Made by a program: the position numbers and the translations under genes
Part shown: one piece after another, positions 9,668 to 20,316 of the stretch
How positions within the stretch are numbered: the first letter of the stretch is position 1
Layout: every line of letters starts with the position of its first letter
NCBI GenBank assembly: GCA_963717465.1
Contig: OY970340.1
Location: forward strand, 896,001 to 960,000
Length of the DNA: 64,000 bases
Direction: 5' to 3'
Source of the DNA: Candidatus Bathyarchaeota archaeon
GTDB taxonomy: Archaea; Thermoproteota; Bathyarchaeia; Bathyarchaeales; Bathycorpusculaceae
The notes under the pieces: model-generated
What the model was told of the DNA's origin: nothing
The model's input: the letters and a program-made list of their open reading frames with translations, nothing else
Databases searched by the model: none

Positions 9668-10924
9668 TTGAGAATGAAGATTGCGGTTTTTGTCTATGAA
9701 TATCCGCCTAAAATTGTAGGCGGGCTAGGAACTTACGCAGCTGAGATTACTCGTAAATTTGTTTTGATGGATCATGATGTTACAGTTTTTACCATGAATG
9801 ATGATGGGGGAACGCTGCCGACAAGGGAGATTTGGCGTGGAATTGAAATCCATCGTCCATTGCACATTGATATTTCTGATTCTTTGCCAGATGTAATTTC
9901 GGAAGACATTAAGAAATGGGGCAGAGGAGCGAATTTTTTTGGCAAACTCATGGTTTACAATTACCTGTCTGCTTCCAAACTGATTAACGAATTGATTAAG
10001 AAAGAAGGGATGAAATATGACATCGTTGTCGCGCATGACTGGCTTTCCGTAATGGGCGGAGTTACTGTTAAACGTGAAACAGGTTTGCCTTTAGCTTTTC
10101 ATGTTCACTCAACTGAGAAGGGCAGAACCTTAGGAAACGGATCAGGCGTAGTCAGCAACATTGAATTGCGCGGTGGGAACATGGCGGATCTTATCGTGAC
10201 GGTTTCTTACGCGATGAAAGATGAGTTGATACAACTAGGGTATCCTAAGGACAAGATTCAGGTAAGTTACAATGGCGTTGACCAAGACAAGTATAATCCA
10301 GCCAACGTTTCAAAAGCAGACATTCAACGGGTTCGAGCCAAGTATGGCATTAAGGATGATGAGTTTATGCTTCTATTTTTAGGCAGACTTGTTGGAGTGA
10401 AAGGTGTTGACAAACTGATTATGGCAATGCCCCATATACTGCAAAAGATTCCTAAAGCTAGACTTGTAATTGTAGGAGTAGGCGACATGCAGGAGTACCT
10501 GGCAAATCTAACTAATACGGTTCGATTGAATGATTACGTTAAATTCTGCTTTGATTTCATAACTGAAGAGGAACGGATCGTGCATTATGCTGCTTGCGAC
10601 GTAGCCGTTTTCCCAAGTTACTATGAGCCTTTCGGCATTGTTGCTATTGAAGCAATGAGCATGGAAAAACCCGTTGTAGTCGGAGCTGCAGGCGTTAGCG
10701 GCATGCGTGAAATCGTGATTTGCTGCGGCGAAGATCAATGTGGTTACCATGTTGACCCGAACAACCCTACAGATATAGCTTGGGGAGTGATAAGCACCCT
10801 TGAAAACCCTGAAAAAATGAAGATGCTGGGAAAGAATGGACGCAAACGGGTGCTAGCTGAGTTCACTTGGACCAGAATAGCTGAAAAAACCATTGACTTG
10901 TACGAGAAAGTAGTTAAGCGTTAG
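9668..10924 (+). CDS. GT4 glycosyltransferase (glycogen synthase-like)
   Basis: EYPPKIVGGLGTY, AHDW, HSTE, PSYYEPFGIVAIEAM. Confidence 0.88.
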   Translation: MRMKIAVFVYEYPPKIVGGLGTYAAEITRKFVLMDHDVTVFTMNDDGGTLPTREIWRGIEIHRPLHIDISDSLPDVISEDIKKWGRGANFFGKLMVYNYLSASKLINELIKKEGMKYDIVVAHDWLSVMGGVTVKRETGLPLAFHVHSTEKGRTLGNGSGVVSNIELRGGNMADLIVTVSYAMKDELIQLGYPKDKIQVSYNGVDQDKYNPANVSKADIQRVRAKYGIKDDEFMLLFLGRLVGVKGVDKLIMAMPHILQKIPKARLVIVGVGDMQEYLANLTNTVRLNDYVKFCFDFITEEERIVHYAACDVAVFPSYYEPFGIVAIEAMSMEKPVVVGAAGVSGMREIVICCGEDQCGYHVDPNNPTDIAWGVISTLENPEKMKMLGKNGRKRVLAEFTWTRIAEKTIDLYEKVVKR

Positions 10925-10941
10925 TTCTTTGCGATTGGTGA

Positions 10942-11559
10942 ATGTTGATTGCTGACTCTGACTTAAGACTTCGTGTGGCTAGGGAAGCAGCCACCCTTCT
11001 ATATTTTGGAGCCCAGAAAGAATTCAAACAAGCTAAATTGAAGGCTGCAGAAACTTTTGGCGTTCACTTTTTGCCTTCAAACCTTGAAGTTGCCTTAGAA
11101 CTTGACAAAATTGCTCAAGAAAATGAGGGCGCCAAACGATCAGAACGCTTGATCCAAATGCGCAAAGAAGCTTTGAAAATAATGAAACTTTTAGAAGCAT
11201 TCCATCCCCTATTGATTGGAAGTGTTTGGCGAGGCACTATTCGTAATGGAAGCGACATTGACATCGCAGTTTACTCAGACTCCTCAGATAATGTTGCCAA
11301 GCTGCTTAAAGAAAAAGGTGTAAAAATCTCTAAAACCAATCTGACAACCGTTAACAAGCATGGAGTAACCTTGGAGTCATTTCACATTTACGCGGAAACA
11401 TCGGCTAAGTACTCGATTGAAATTGTTGTCAGAAGTTTGGAAGAAAAGGGCAAAAAGAGGAAATGCGAAGTTTTCGGTGATCAACTTAGAGGCTTAAGCA
11501 TTTCTGAACTCGAAAAATGCCTTGAAAAAAACCCGTTGCAACGATTTATTCCAGATTAA
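10942..11559 (+). CDS. Nucleotidyltransferase domain protein
   Basis: GSVWRG...SDIDI pol-beta-type motif. Confidence 0.8.
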   Translation: MLIADSDLRLRVAREAATLLYFGAQKEFKQAKLKAAETFGVHFLPSNLEVALELDKIAQENEGAKRSERLIQMRKEALKIMKLLEAFHPLLIGSVWRGTIRNGSDIDIAVYSDSSDNVAKLLKEKGVKISKTNLTTVNKHGVTLESFHIYAETSAKYSIEIVVRSLEEKGKKRKCEVFGDQLRGLSISELEKCLEKNPLQRFIPD

Positions 11560-11646
11560 CACTTCAAATTCCCGTGTGAAATTTCATTTTCTATGCAAAG
11601 AAAATAAATATCAAAATTATCATTAATTATTGTAAATTGATGTGTA

Positions 11647-12036
11647 ATGGCAATCGACAAAAAGACACTGAAGAAGTTGTTTCCAAACCTTTACAGGGAA
11701 ATCGAAGAGCTAGACGAATGCAAAGTGCCAATAAACTCGGTTCGCGCAGACCCTAAAGCAGCGGAAGAAGAAGTTGAGCAAGAGAAAGAAGAAATACCGT
11801 CGCCCACGTTGCCACCTGATAAGTTTCGCCATTTTAACCCTTCAGCCACCGATTTTATCCGACGCTGCGAAACAGAAGCCCAAGCTGAAGAAATAATAGA
11901 TTACCTTCAAAAAAGAGGCGAATTAACACCTCAAGACGCAAAGGAAATGAAGAATCAGCTTAAACGTGACGGCTTAAGAAGTTTCGGCCCCAAAAAAGAA
12001 GATTATTACTACTTCAAAGAAGCTGGAACATACTAA
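11647..12036 (+). CDS. DUF2095 family protein
   Basis: FPNLYREI, P..TDFIRRCETE..AEEII.YL.KRGE, LRSFG.KK...YY. Confidence 0.75.
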   Translation: MAIDKKTLKKLFPNLYREIEELDECKVPINSVRADPKAAEEEVEQEKEEIPSPTLPPDKFRHFNPSATDFIRRCETEAQAEEIIDYLQKRGELTPQDAKEMKNQLKRDGLRSFGPKKEDYYYFKEAGTY

Positions 12037-12072
12037 AATCAACCATCGATTTTGCCTAACTTGAGATGGTGA

Positions 12073-12592
12073 TTATAGATTTTTTCGGTCACTTGGCTTC
12101 CAAGTTATCTTGTGAAATAAGCATCCAACAGCTTTAGCTGAGGCAGCATCGTTTTCTGAGTCTCCAACGAAGAGGATATTTTGGGTTGGAACCTTGAGTT
12201 TTGCTATCGCCATCTTCAATTGTTCAAGTCTGCTAAGTGAAACTTCTCTGGTTATGATCGCAGCGAAGGAGAAATGGTATTTTTCAATTATGCATTTTAC
12301 GACTTTTTCGCCTTGAAGTGTGACTAGGATTTTGGGTTTGCTGGCGAAATCCTTGTAGAGGCCTGTTCCTTCTTCGTTAATTGTGATGTTTGGTATGGAG
12401 GTGACTTCTAGCTTTGTCCCATGCTTCGAAAACCTGTTTTTTGGTGGATTCATCAGCTTTAGAGACAGCTTCTGCTATTGGGTGAACTTTTTCGATATGC
12501 ATTATTGATTTCATTTGGCTCATTAATGAATCATAGTCGATTTGTAAATTCACGAGTGTTCCGTCAAGGTCAAAGATTAGAGCTTCAATCAT
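12073..12592 (-). CDS. HAD-family hydrolase (frameshift near 12400)
   Basis: IFDLDGTLV in 12377-12592 and FVGDSEND in 12073-12453. Confidence 0.8.
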
Positions 12593-13669
12593 TAAGCGTA
12601 CATTGCTCCGATGACCTTGTTGTCCTTCACTAACCGTGCGGGTGCATCCATGTGTCTTATCCAGTAAACATCAGAGGGTAAAACGTCGTACTTGTCAAGT
12701 TTTGGAATGCCTTCTTTGAATGCGAGTTTCGTGTACAAGTATGGAATGTTACTGCGGAAATCATTGAACAGTACTTTGCTTGCGTAAGAAAAGAAGAACG
12801 ATGTGGTAAACATTCTTCCAGGGTTGATCTCTGTCACGCATGGAACGCCTTTTGCGTTTTCTTTCAGGTCAACTGATGCTATTCCGTTAAATCCTGAATC
12901 AATCGCCAGGACCGCTTCGGTTGCAATTTTGTTCACGTTAGCATCGTGCACGGTTCTTTGGACTGCTGGTGTACCCGTGATTCCTGATGGCGCAAGATAG
13001 GAATAGATGTATTCAATTCGTTCCCTCGCGTTCGAAACTACCAGTTCCCCGTTCTTCCATAGGCTGTGAAAAGCGATGTTTCTTCCAGGCAAATGCTCCT
13101 GCGCGATAAACTCCCAATCAACATCACGCGAACGCCAATACTTAATCCATGACCAAGCCGTTTCAGGATTGTTTGCTGGTGTGCTTCCTTTTCCGCCTGC
13201 GCCATGTCTCGCCCTAATCCAAATTGGGCTTCCAAACTGCTCAAATGCTTTCGTAACATCCTGTTCTTTCTTAATCGCGATTATTCTTGCAACTGGAACA
13301 TTCTTTTTTTGCCAAATCACTGCTGACTCCAACTTGTCTTGGCAAGCCTTCACTGACTCTTTTAGAGGGAAGAAAAACAGTGGCCTCAAGTTTCTCCCGC
13401 TTTTCCGAAACAGCTTCCACTTCAATGTCAGGCTGTGCATGCAAAAACTCAATCCTTTGCTGACGGATAATCTCGTTCAACTTATCAATGTAACCTGCTT
13501 GGCTCGCCCGAGGCACTAAAAATTTCTCGTCAGTTGAAGCCAAATGAATAAAATGCTCGTTAGCTTCCGTGCCAACAAGAAGCATCTTTTCCGGCGCAAC
13601 ACGAAGAGACATAACAAAATTAATTCCAGCTGGACCACCAGCACCCGTACATAGAATTCTCTTCACCAA
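12592..13669 (-). CDS. ATP-grasp protein (frameshift near 13330)
   Basis: ILCTGAGGPAG N-terminus; QEHLPG, VDLK, TEINPGR ATP-grasp motifs in the second frame. Confidence 0.8.
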
Positions 13670-13813
13670 AACACCTCAAATCCAAACTTAAGCAAACGCA
13701 TTCAACCTCAACCAAACAATAGCTTTCCATAAAGGATAAACCGAGTTATATTTATTCTCAATCAGCAAACTTAAAAACCACAAAACCACTAATCAAAGAA
13801 GAAAACCAGCAAC

Positions 13814-13888
13814 GGGCCGGTCGTCTAGCTTGGTTAGGACGTTGGCTTTACGAGCCAAAGGTCGCCGGTTCAAGTCCGGCTCGGCCCA
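13814..13888 (+). tRNA. tRNA-Val(TAC), integration target
   Basis: GGGCCGG/TCGGCCC acceptor, TTGGC-TTTACGA-GCCAA anticodon arm, GGTTCAAGTCC T-arm. Confidence 0.95.
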
Positions 13889-13893
13889 CTTTT
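13839..13893 (+). repeat. attL (3' part of tRNA-Val plus CTTTT)
   Basis: ACGTTGGCTTTACGAGCC-AAAGGTCGCCGGTTCAAGTCCGGCTCGGCCCACTTTT. Confidence 0.92.
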
Positions 13894-14786
13894 ACACAGA
13901 CCCGAGACATTTCGGGAAATATTGTAAAAACAATCTGGGAACTAAAAAAACAAGGCTATGCCCATTACACGCTTAAAGCATATGATTCCAGACTTAGAGG
14001 ACTAGCTAAATTTGTTAATTTAAACAAACCAGAAGAAATTAGAGAATATGTAGCAAATAAAGAAAATTGGAGCAATGCATTCAAAGAAGGCGTCATAAAA
14101 GCTTACAACCATTATGTAAACATTAATGGTCTATCGTGGGATAGACCAAAGTACAAGTGCACAAAAAACCTTCCGCATATCGCTACTACTGAGCAACTAA
14201 ATAAAATTATAGCTAATTGCAAGAGAAAATACGCCCTTATTTTGAGTATCCTAAGAGATACTGGCCTAAGACCTGTTGAACTTTATAGACTTAGACTGAA
14301 CAATGTAGATTTGGAAAAAGGCCAAATAACAACTTTTTCGGCGAAAAACGGAAATCCATGGCTCTTAAAATTAAAAATGGAAACTCTGGCAATGTTTAAG
14401 GAATATGTTATCCGGAACGATTTTGGCATGAAAGATTGCATGTTTCCAGTGCCTGAGGCAATGAGAAAGGCTTATTGCAGAACAAGATTGCATTTATCTA
14501 AAAAACTGCATGAGCCAGATTTGATGAAAATCCTCCTTTATGATTTTAGACATTATTACGCAACTATGCTTTACCAGCGAACTAAAGATATTTTATATGT
14601 CAATAGCAGCTAGGCCATAAACGATTAGAAACAACTCTTACCTACACGCATTTAATTAATTTTTCCGAGGAGGAATTTATTGCTAGAGTTGCTAAAAATA
14701 TAGAGGAGTCTTGCCAGCTAATAGAAGCAGGATTTGACTACGTAACTGAAGTTGACGGCGTAAAGATATTTAGAAAAAGGAAATGA
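13840..14786 (+). CDS. int: Tyrosine integrase, int(C) fragment starting inside att; frameshift near 14603
   Basis: Open frame from RWLYEPKVAGSSPARPT (tRNA) through DTGLRPVE and YDFRHYYAT; second frame gives QLGHKRLETTLTYTHL...IFRKRK*. Confidence 0.9.
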
Positions 14787-14822
14787 GCAAACTATCCTGT
14801 CCTATTTTTAATTTTTTGCTAT

Positions 14823-15137
14823 TTAGAGCGAATCTATTTTCCTCTTGCATTCTTCTTCGCACTTTTCTTGTTTATCGCATGTTTTGCACTTGTCATAAAC
14901 GTTAAAATGTCCGAAACATTGTTCTTCAGCCATTAATTTTTCCTTCAAGAACCATAGTTCACCTTTGGTATAATGCGAAAGCTCGGATTGAACAAGTCCT
15001 AAAACGAATGCAGCGTCTGACACGTTAACTTTGCTTGCAAAAATTGTTTTCCATATTTGCTTTCTTAAATCGTCTGTTCTTTTATTTGAATCAATGACTA
15101 TTTGTTGAAAGATTTCGTCTGTTTTACGCGTTTTCAT
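14823..15137 (-). CDS. Hypothetical protein with C-terminal Cys4 motif
   Basis: CFGHF...CKTC...C...C; overlaps the upstream ORF by 4 nt. Confidence 0.55.
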   Translation of the reverse strand: MKTRKTDEIFQQIVIDSNKRTDDLRKQIWKTIFASKVNVSDAAFVLGLVQSELSHYTKGELWFLKEKLMAEEQCFGHFNVYDKCKTCDKQEKCEEECKRKIDSL

Positions 15138-15397
15138 CTTTTTTTTTTATCTCCCTCCTTTGTGTCTAATAATCCCTTAGGCGTTTGTCCTTTCATGGTT
15201 TTGCCGCACATTTTGCATATTTCGCTGCTGTTTTTTGATGACCAAATAACTCCACAATGTTCAAATTTGAAATAGAAATACTCCCTGTATTTTCCGCAAT
15301 CTTCGCAGGTTCCAATTTCATCATACCATTGACAATCGCTGTCTTTACAAATTCCTTTTGCTGTCATGTATTCTCTTGTGGGCTTCGGCTGTTTCAT
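15134..15397 (-). CDS. Small Cys-rich (zinc-binding) protein
   Basis: CKDSDC, CEDC, HC, CKMC. Confidence 0.55.
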   Translation of the reverse strand: MKQPKPTREYMTAKGICKDSDCQWYDEIGTCEDCGKYREYFYFKFEHCGVIWSSKNSSEICKMCGKTMKGQTPKGLLDTKEGDKKKR

Positions 15398-15649
15398 TAG
15401 TTTGCTGATATTTTTGGCTAAATTCTTTTTTTATCGAGCTTTCGACACTATTCCCATTTTGAATTTCGTTGAGATCTTTGTCGATTAGTTTTTCCATTGC
15501 CTCTCTGCTGCTATTATAGTAATGTTTAGTGGCATTAGTTAATTTTTTAGCCCGTTCTTCTGAAATAAGCCCTTTTGACTGTTTTTCTTCAATTTTTTAA
15601 TCTCTATGATTAACTATCGGAAAACCGTTTAGTACGAGAGATTATCCCT

Positions 15650-15878
15650 TATTATTATCTCTATTATATTATATTATATATGTATAATCGCGAAATTTTA
15701 TTACTTGTAGCATGTAGCCATGTAGCACATTGTGCTACAGAAACTTGTTTTAGAATTATTGTATGTAGCCTTGTAGCACACTGTAGCACAGAAACTTGTT
15801 TTTTTATTTTCTGTAGCACAGTAGCACAATTTCTTGGATACTAAACATATTTTTAAAAAATGTAGCGCAGTAGCACAA
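15650..15878. repeat. AT-rich tract followed by a GTAGC(AC) iteron-like array (putative origin)
   Basis: About 10 direct GTAGC cores plus palindrome TGTAGCACA-T-TGTGCTACA (15721-15739); CAGAAACTTGTTTT twice. Confidence 0.65.
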
Positions 15879-16064
15879 AAGAGCGAAGCTTGACGTAAAA
15901 AAGTTGAAGGATAAGAAAAGATGTCGCACGCGTGCTAGATAACAATTACTATACTCATCTACAGAGGAGCAGAAATATTTTGACCAGTTTTTTTATTAAC
16001 TTAGGGGCAACTTTAAAGTGTAAACCAAAAAACAGATATCTCGGAACATAAGACTAATTAATCA

Positions 16065-17111
16065 ATGTGCTCTCTCGCTGAGAACCCTAAATTTCCTTCG
16101 ACCCGTTTCCTTGGTAGCAAAGTAAAAATCATTGATTGGTTATGGGGCCACGTTTCAGACAGGAGATTTTCGACTGTGCTTGACGCCTTCGGGGGAACAG
16201 GTTGCTTCAGTTTTACGTCAAAGAAATACGGCAAGAGAACCTACTTTAACGACGCTTTATCTTTTAACCACGTCATAGGAACAGCCATAATTCAAAATTC
16301 AATTACAACAGTCTCTGAGAAAGAAACAGCAAAAGTGATGGTCGCCCACAAATCAGTTGAATACAAGAAATTTATAGAACAAACTTTTGCAGGAATATAT
16401 TTTACTGATGAAGAGAACAAGTGGCTTGATTTAGTTGTACAAAATATTAGCTTAGTTGAGAATAAGTACAAACAAGCTATTCTTTTTTCAGCTCTCGGTC
16501 AATCCTGCCTAATTAAAAGACCATACAATCTCTTTCACAGAAAAAATCTTTACATGCGCATGAAGAAAGTTGAGCGAACCTTCAACAATAAAAAATGCTG
16601 GGATACTCCCTTCCAGCAATATTTCTTTCGCTTTGTCAAGGAATACAACGAAGCAGTTTTTTGCAATGGCAATCAAAACCTATCCACTTGTTCGGATGTT
16701 TTTAGTTTAAATGACAATTTTGATCTTGTATACCTTGACCCTCCGTACATGTCAGGCAAAATTAGCGACGATTACCTCTCACTATATCATTTTCTCGACG
16801 GTATTACTGATTATAATTCATGGCATGAAAGGATCGATTACTCAACAAAAAACAGAAAATTAAAGTCAAACAATCAAGTTAAGCAATGGGGAAGAAAGAG
16901 TACTATAGATTCGTTGTTAGACAAGCTGATCGAGAAATTTTCCGCAAGCATAATTGTTATGTCATACCGCAATGACGGCTACCCAACTTCCGAGAGAATC
17001 ATTGAATTATTTAAGAAACATAAGGGAAAAGCTCCAGACATATATTCACTGCCTTATCAATATGCCCTAAGCAAAAAGCCTGTATCAGAACTTCTATTTA
17101 TCGCAGAGTAA
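16065..17111 (+). CDS. N6-adenine DNA methyltransferase (Dam/D12, FokI-like)
   Basis: RFLGSK, LDAFGGTG (motif I), LVYLDPPY (motif IV). Confidence 0.92.
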   Translation: MCSLAENPKFPSTRFLGSKVKIIDWLWGHVSDRRFSTVLDAFGGTGCFSFTSKKYGKRTYFNDALSFNHVIGTAIIQNSITTVSEKETAKVMVAHKSVEYKKFIEQTFAGIYFTDEENKWLDLVVQNISLVENKYKQAILFSALGQSCLIKRPYNLFHRKNLYMRMKKVERTFNNKKCWDTPFQQYFFRFVKEYNEAVFCNGNQNLSTCSDVFSLNDNFDLVYLDPPYMSGKISDDYLSLYHFLDGITDYNSWHERIDYSTKNRKLKSNNQVKQWGRKSTIDSLLDKLIEKFSASIIVMSYRNDGYPTSERIIELFKKHKGKAPDIYSLPYQYALSKKPVSELLFIAE

Positions 17112-17114
17112 ATT

Positions 17115-17885
17115 TTAGGTAATTGTTAGCACTTTTTTTACTTTATCTCTGTAGTAAGTAAGCATCCCCTTTTCAAGTACTTTAGATCTATGCCCCACAT
17201 GCATATTCTTTAACTCGGCTGGAAATGCCAATGCTAATAGTACATTAATGTAAGTCTGCGTTTGTTTATAAGAAGTAAGCCATTCATTGAATCTTCCAAT
17301 ATCATATCGAGGCGAAAACATAGTTGGCTTTGTCTGAAAGCGTCGAGGGCTTGTGTGAATAAAGCCAGAAAGAGCGCCATAAAAAGTTTTAAGGCATTGG
17401 CCATCATCGCCAAACAAAGCCTTCTTGTCAGGGCTGCATTCTTTCTCAAAAGCTTGAAAAATTCTAGCGAAATACTCGTACTTCCGACCGTAGACGTCAG
17501 TAAAACTGTACTGCGTATGCCAATTTATTTCTTTTTTCCACCATTCATATTCTACCGGATGATTAACAAAATAAACCAATCGCAAGGTCGTCTCAATACT
17601 TGACCGTAATGATGTGTTAGCATACTTGTAGAGTCCCATCATAGCAAAGCTAATTGAGACGTAGCCATCCATCCATATTTCTGGCAAAAGGTTTGTTGCT
17701 ACACTTGTTTGCCGCAGTTCATTGTTCCAAATTTCAAGACTGCCCAGCATTTCAAGCGATTCTTCAATCTCTGAATCATGCTCGCATAAAGTTTTTTTTA
17801 TATTCCTTCTTTTGAAAGCACTTAGGCTTTCATACATTCCGCGTGTTTCAGGTTTTAGTTTACTAAGAGCGAATCGTGCCATCAT
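17115..17885 (-). CDS. Hypothetical protein, HEPN-like helical domain
   Basis: ANTSLRSSIETTLRLVYF and YGALSGFIH patterns resemble HEPN-fold families. Confidence 0.5.
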   Translation of the reverse strand: MMARFALSKLKPETRGMYESLSAFKRRNIKKTLCEHDSEIEESLEMLGSLEIWNNELRQTSVATNLLPEIWMDGYVSISFAMMGLYKYANTSLRSSIETTLRLVYFVNHPVEYEWWKKEINWHTQYSFTDVYGRKYEYFARIFQAFEKECSPDKKALFGDDGQCLKTFYGALSGFIHTSPRRFQTKPTMFSPRYDIGRFNEWLTSYKQTQTYINVLLALAFPAELKNMHVGHRSKVLEKGMLTYYRDKVKKVLTIT

Positions 17886-18619
17886 ACCACCTTCATAATG
17901 CCACCGAGAGATAACATTAGATTGTCATCAATTGCTTGGTGCTGTATTTGTTGCGAGGTAAGAATATACCCATGTTTACGTGACACTTGTCTGATTATGT
18001 TTTCTATTAGAGCTATCTTTTCATCATTGGCAACTGATGTTTCTGGTAGCGAAGTTATATCTAACCCTGTCCATCCTTGCGACAATATACCATCTGAAGT
18101 TTGTTTGAAGTTGTTCCGTTCAATATCTTTTCCGTTAAGAAGTGTAGTATAAATTAAGCCAAAAGCTCGCTTATCAGTAGTGGAGTTCTTTTGCTTAACG
18201 AAACAATGCTCTATTGCAATCAGTTCTTTTTCCACCCGGCCACAATATGAGTCACAATCTTGAGATGTAAAATCAATGTTAATTAGGTCCAAGGGGAATA
18301 TTGCGTGAAGATTTCCATCGCTCTGAACTGAGTCCTCGTATCTTGTGCCACCGATTACTTGAAGCTTGTGAGGAAGTACCGTTTCGAGTCTTAATATCCG
18401 CGTAAATGAATTTGACCATGCAACTATTTTTTCATAAGTTGAGAGTTTAGAATTTACGAATCTTGATATCTCATTATAATTTAACGAGCTTGTAAGAGTT
18501 AGGATTTTCATTCCTTTATTTTTTCTCAGGCGTGGGTACAATAGTTCACCTGAGGCCGTTGCTATAGGCAACCACATATTTTCCAAGAAAGTGCTTTTTG
18601 TTTCTTGAACGGTAACCAT
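17882..18619 (-). CDS. Hypothetical protein, possible Rossmann methyltransferase-like fold
   Basis: KILTLTS..., KIVAW, FPLDLINIDF, FGLIYT strand pattern. Confidence 0.45.
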   Translation of the reverse strand: MVTVQETKSTFLENMWLPIATASGELLYPRLRKNKGMKILTLTSSLNYNEISRFVNSKLSTYEKIVAWSNSFTRILRLETVLPHKLQVIGGTRYEDSVQSDGNLHAIFPLDLINIDFTSQDCDSYCGRVEKELIAIEHCFVKQKNSTTDKRAFGLIYTTLLNGKDIERNNFKQTSDGILSQGWTGLDITSLPETSVANDEKIALIENIIRQVSRKHGYILTSQQIQHQAIDDNLMLSLGGIMKVV

Positions 18620-18630
18620 TCAGGTCATTC

Positions 18631-20316
18631 TCACTCAACGAAAACTTCGGTTAACAATTTCTCGAGTTTGCCGAGCAAAACGTTCCCGTTAGGTTCACTT
18701 TTCAGGACCAACGCAAGTCCAAGCGCAAGTTGCTTGACAGCCCTGTTGCTTAATGCACTCTTAAACAAAGGATGGTTCTGGTTGTATTGCACTATATGGC
18801 CGTCTTCTGATAATCTGCAAATACTGGGTGGTTTATTACAATTCCATTCAGAATATTCTACATTAAAAGTTTGACCAAGTACATTTATGGTTTCGAAAAA
18901 TGCAGGATGATCTTGATAAATTACAACATCCTTCTTATTATCAGCAACTTCTATTGGGGGTTTATCTTGAGCGACTGTACCGCTGACTATCCTCACATTC
19001 ATGCCTTTATCGCTTGAAAGTAAGTCCATAAGCCGCGAAGCCGGTGATTTTGGATTTACGCGTCGACGCTTGCTTTTTGAAATAGAGCTTTGGGAAATTC
19101 GCAGCCTCTCTTTTGGGAATTGAATTATGTCGGCGTTTTGAAGTTCTTGAACAACACGCTCGCTTCCCAAAGTCTCTGAGAGGCCTTCATATAAGTCCTT
19201 ATCTTGCGCAGACTTACTCTCAAGGAAATCATTCCATTTTATGAGTTGCCTCCTAAAGAAGGAATCAAAATTGGACACGTCGTTAGTATAGGAAAAACTA
19301 TCTCTGTCAATCATAAGGTAATTCGCAAGTCCTTCAACTATGTGAACTTCGCCGCAAAGGTAATTCAACTTTCCCGCAACTTTTCCTGTTAGCTCACCAA
19401 CATCAAAATCTTTTGGCATTCCTATGCCAACGTTTCGCAGTCTGATCTGCAAGCCCTTCATCTCAATTGGACGAACTGGAGAAAATGGCGTCATAATTAC
19501 ATATTTTACTTTAATATCTCCGAATCCAGTCTCTCCTTTGTCCAAGATCCTTGCGCCAGAGGGAACATTTCGGAATAGCTCTTCCCCATCCAACCAAACT
19601 CTTAAGGGCACCCTACCTGAAACTGCAAAGAAATCACTCAACTCATGTTGATCTTGAGGATATTCGAGAGGACAATACTGTTGCAATGTCCATTTGAATT
19701 TTTCAAAACCGCTAAGCTTTTCTATTGAAACCGAAAGGCTCCGTTCTTCTTTGCGTAGGTCATTAATAACGTGAGGTTTTAATTGGTCAAGTATAATTAT
19801 CGTTTCGCCCTGTTCATAGGGAAGGTCACTTATCGTTGTAGTGTAAGGAAATTTTGCCTCTTCCATTTCCTTTTCCAAGATAAAAGTTTCCCCTTTAAAA
19901 AATCGACCTGCGTGGATATTTAACTCAACTGTTCTATCACTCTTCCGTTTCTTGGTTATAACAGTTAACTTTTCACAGTACGGAAAAACCGAGATTGATC
20001 CAATTCCAAAAGTGCCGACTCTTTTACGACCTAACTCATCAATATTTTCATCAAGTGGTGTAGGAAAACCAACTGCCATAAACTTTTCTTGAAGTTCCTC
20101 TATACCCATGCCTATTCCGTTATCTCTAACAATAAGTCGATTGTTTAGCAGGTCAAGCCTCATTTTCACTTCAGTGGCTTTGGCGTCATAGGCGTTAGAA
20201 ACAAGTTCTTTTACTGCCCGTCCAAAATTTCGGTATAATCCAGCGCTAAAATAACTAATAATCTCTCTATGGACACGCATCGTTATTGTCCCATGACCGA
20301 CAATGTTCTTGGACAT
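18631..20316 (-). CDS. GHKL (MORC/HATPase_c_3-type) ATPase
   Basis: KELVSNAYDA, DNGIGM, GTFGIG, GETII Bergerat motifs; GEVHI and IDRDSF in the following domain. Confidence 0.88.
   Translation of the reverse strand: MSKNIVGHGTITMRVHREIISYFSAGLYRNFGRAVKELVSNAYDAKATEVKMRLDLLNNRLIVRDNGIGMGIEELQEKFMAVGFPTPLDENIDELGRKRVGTFGIGSISVFPYCEKLTVITKKRKSDRTVELNIHAGRFFKGETFILEKEMEEAKFPYTTTISDLPYEQGETIIILDQLKPHVINDLRKEERSLSVSIEKLSGFEKFKWTLQQYCPLEYPQDQHELSDFFAVSGRVPLRVWLDGEELFRNVPSGARILDKGETGFGDIKVKYVIMTPFSPVRPIEMKGLQIRLRNVGIGMPKDFDVGELTGKVAGKLNYLCGEVHIVEGLANYLMIDRDSFSYTNDVSNFDSFFRRQLIKWNDFLESKSAQDKDLYEGLSETLGSERVVQELQNADIIQFPKERLRISQSSISKSKRRRVNPKSPASRLMDLLSSDKGMNVRIVSGTVAQDKPPIEVADNKKDVVIYQDHPAFFETINVLGQTFNVEYSEWNCNKPPSICRLSEDGHIVQYNQNHPLFKSALSNRAVKQLALGLALVLKSEPNGNVLLGKLEKLLTEVFVE

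Noticed and set aside
15700..15878. GTAGCAC repeats as a CRISPR array
   Set aside because: Units are only 5-9 bp with irregular spacing, no 30-40 nt spacers, and no cas genes in the window.
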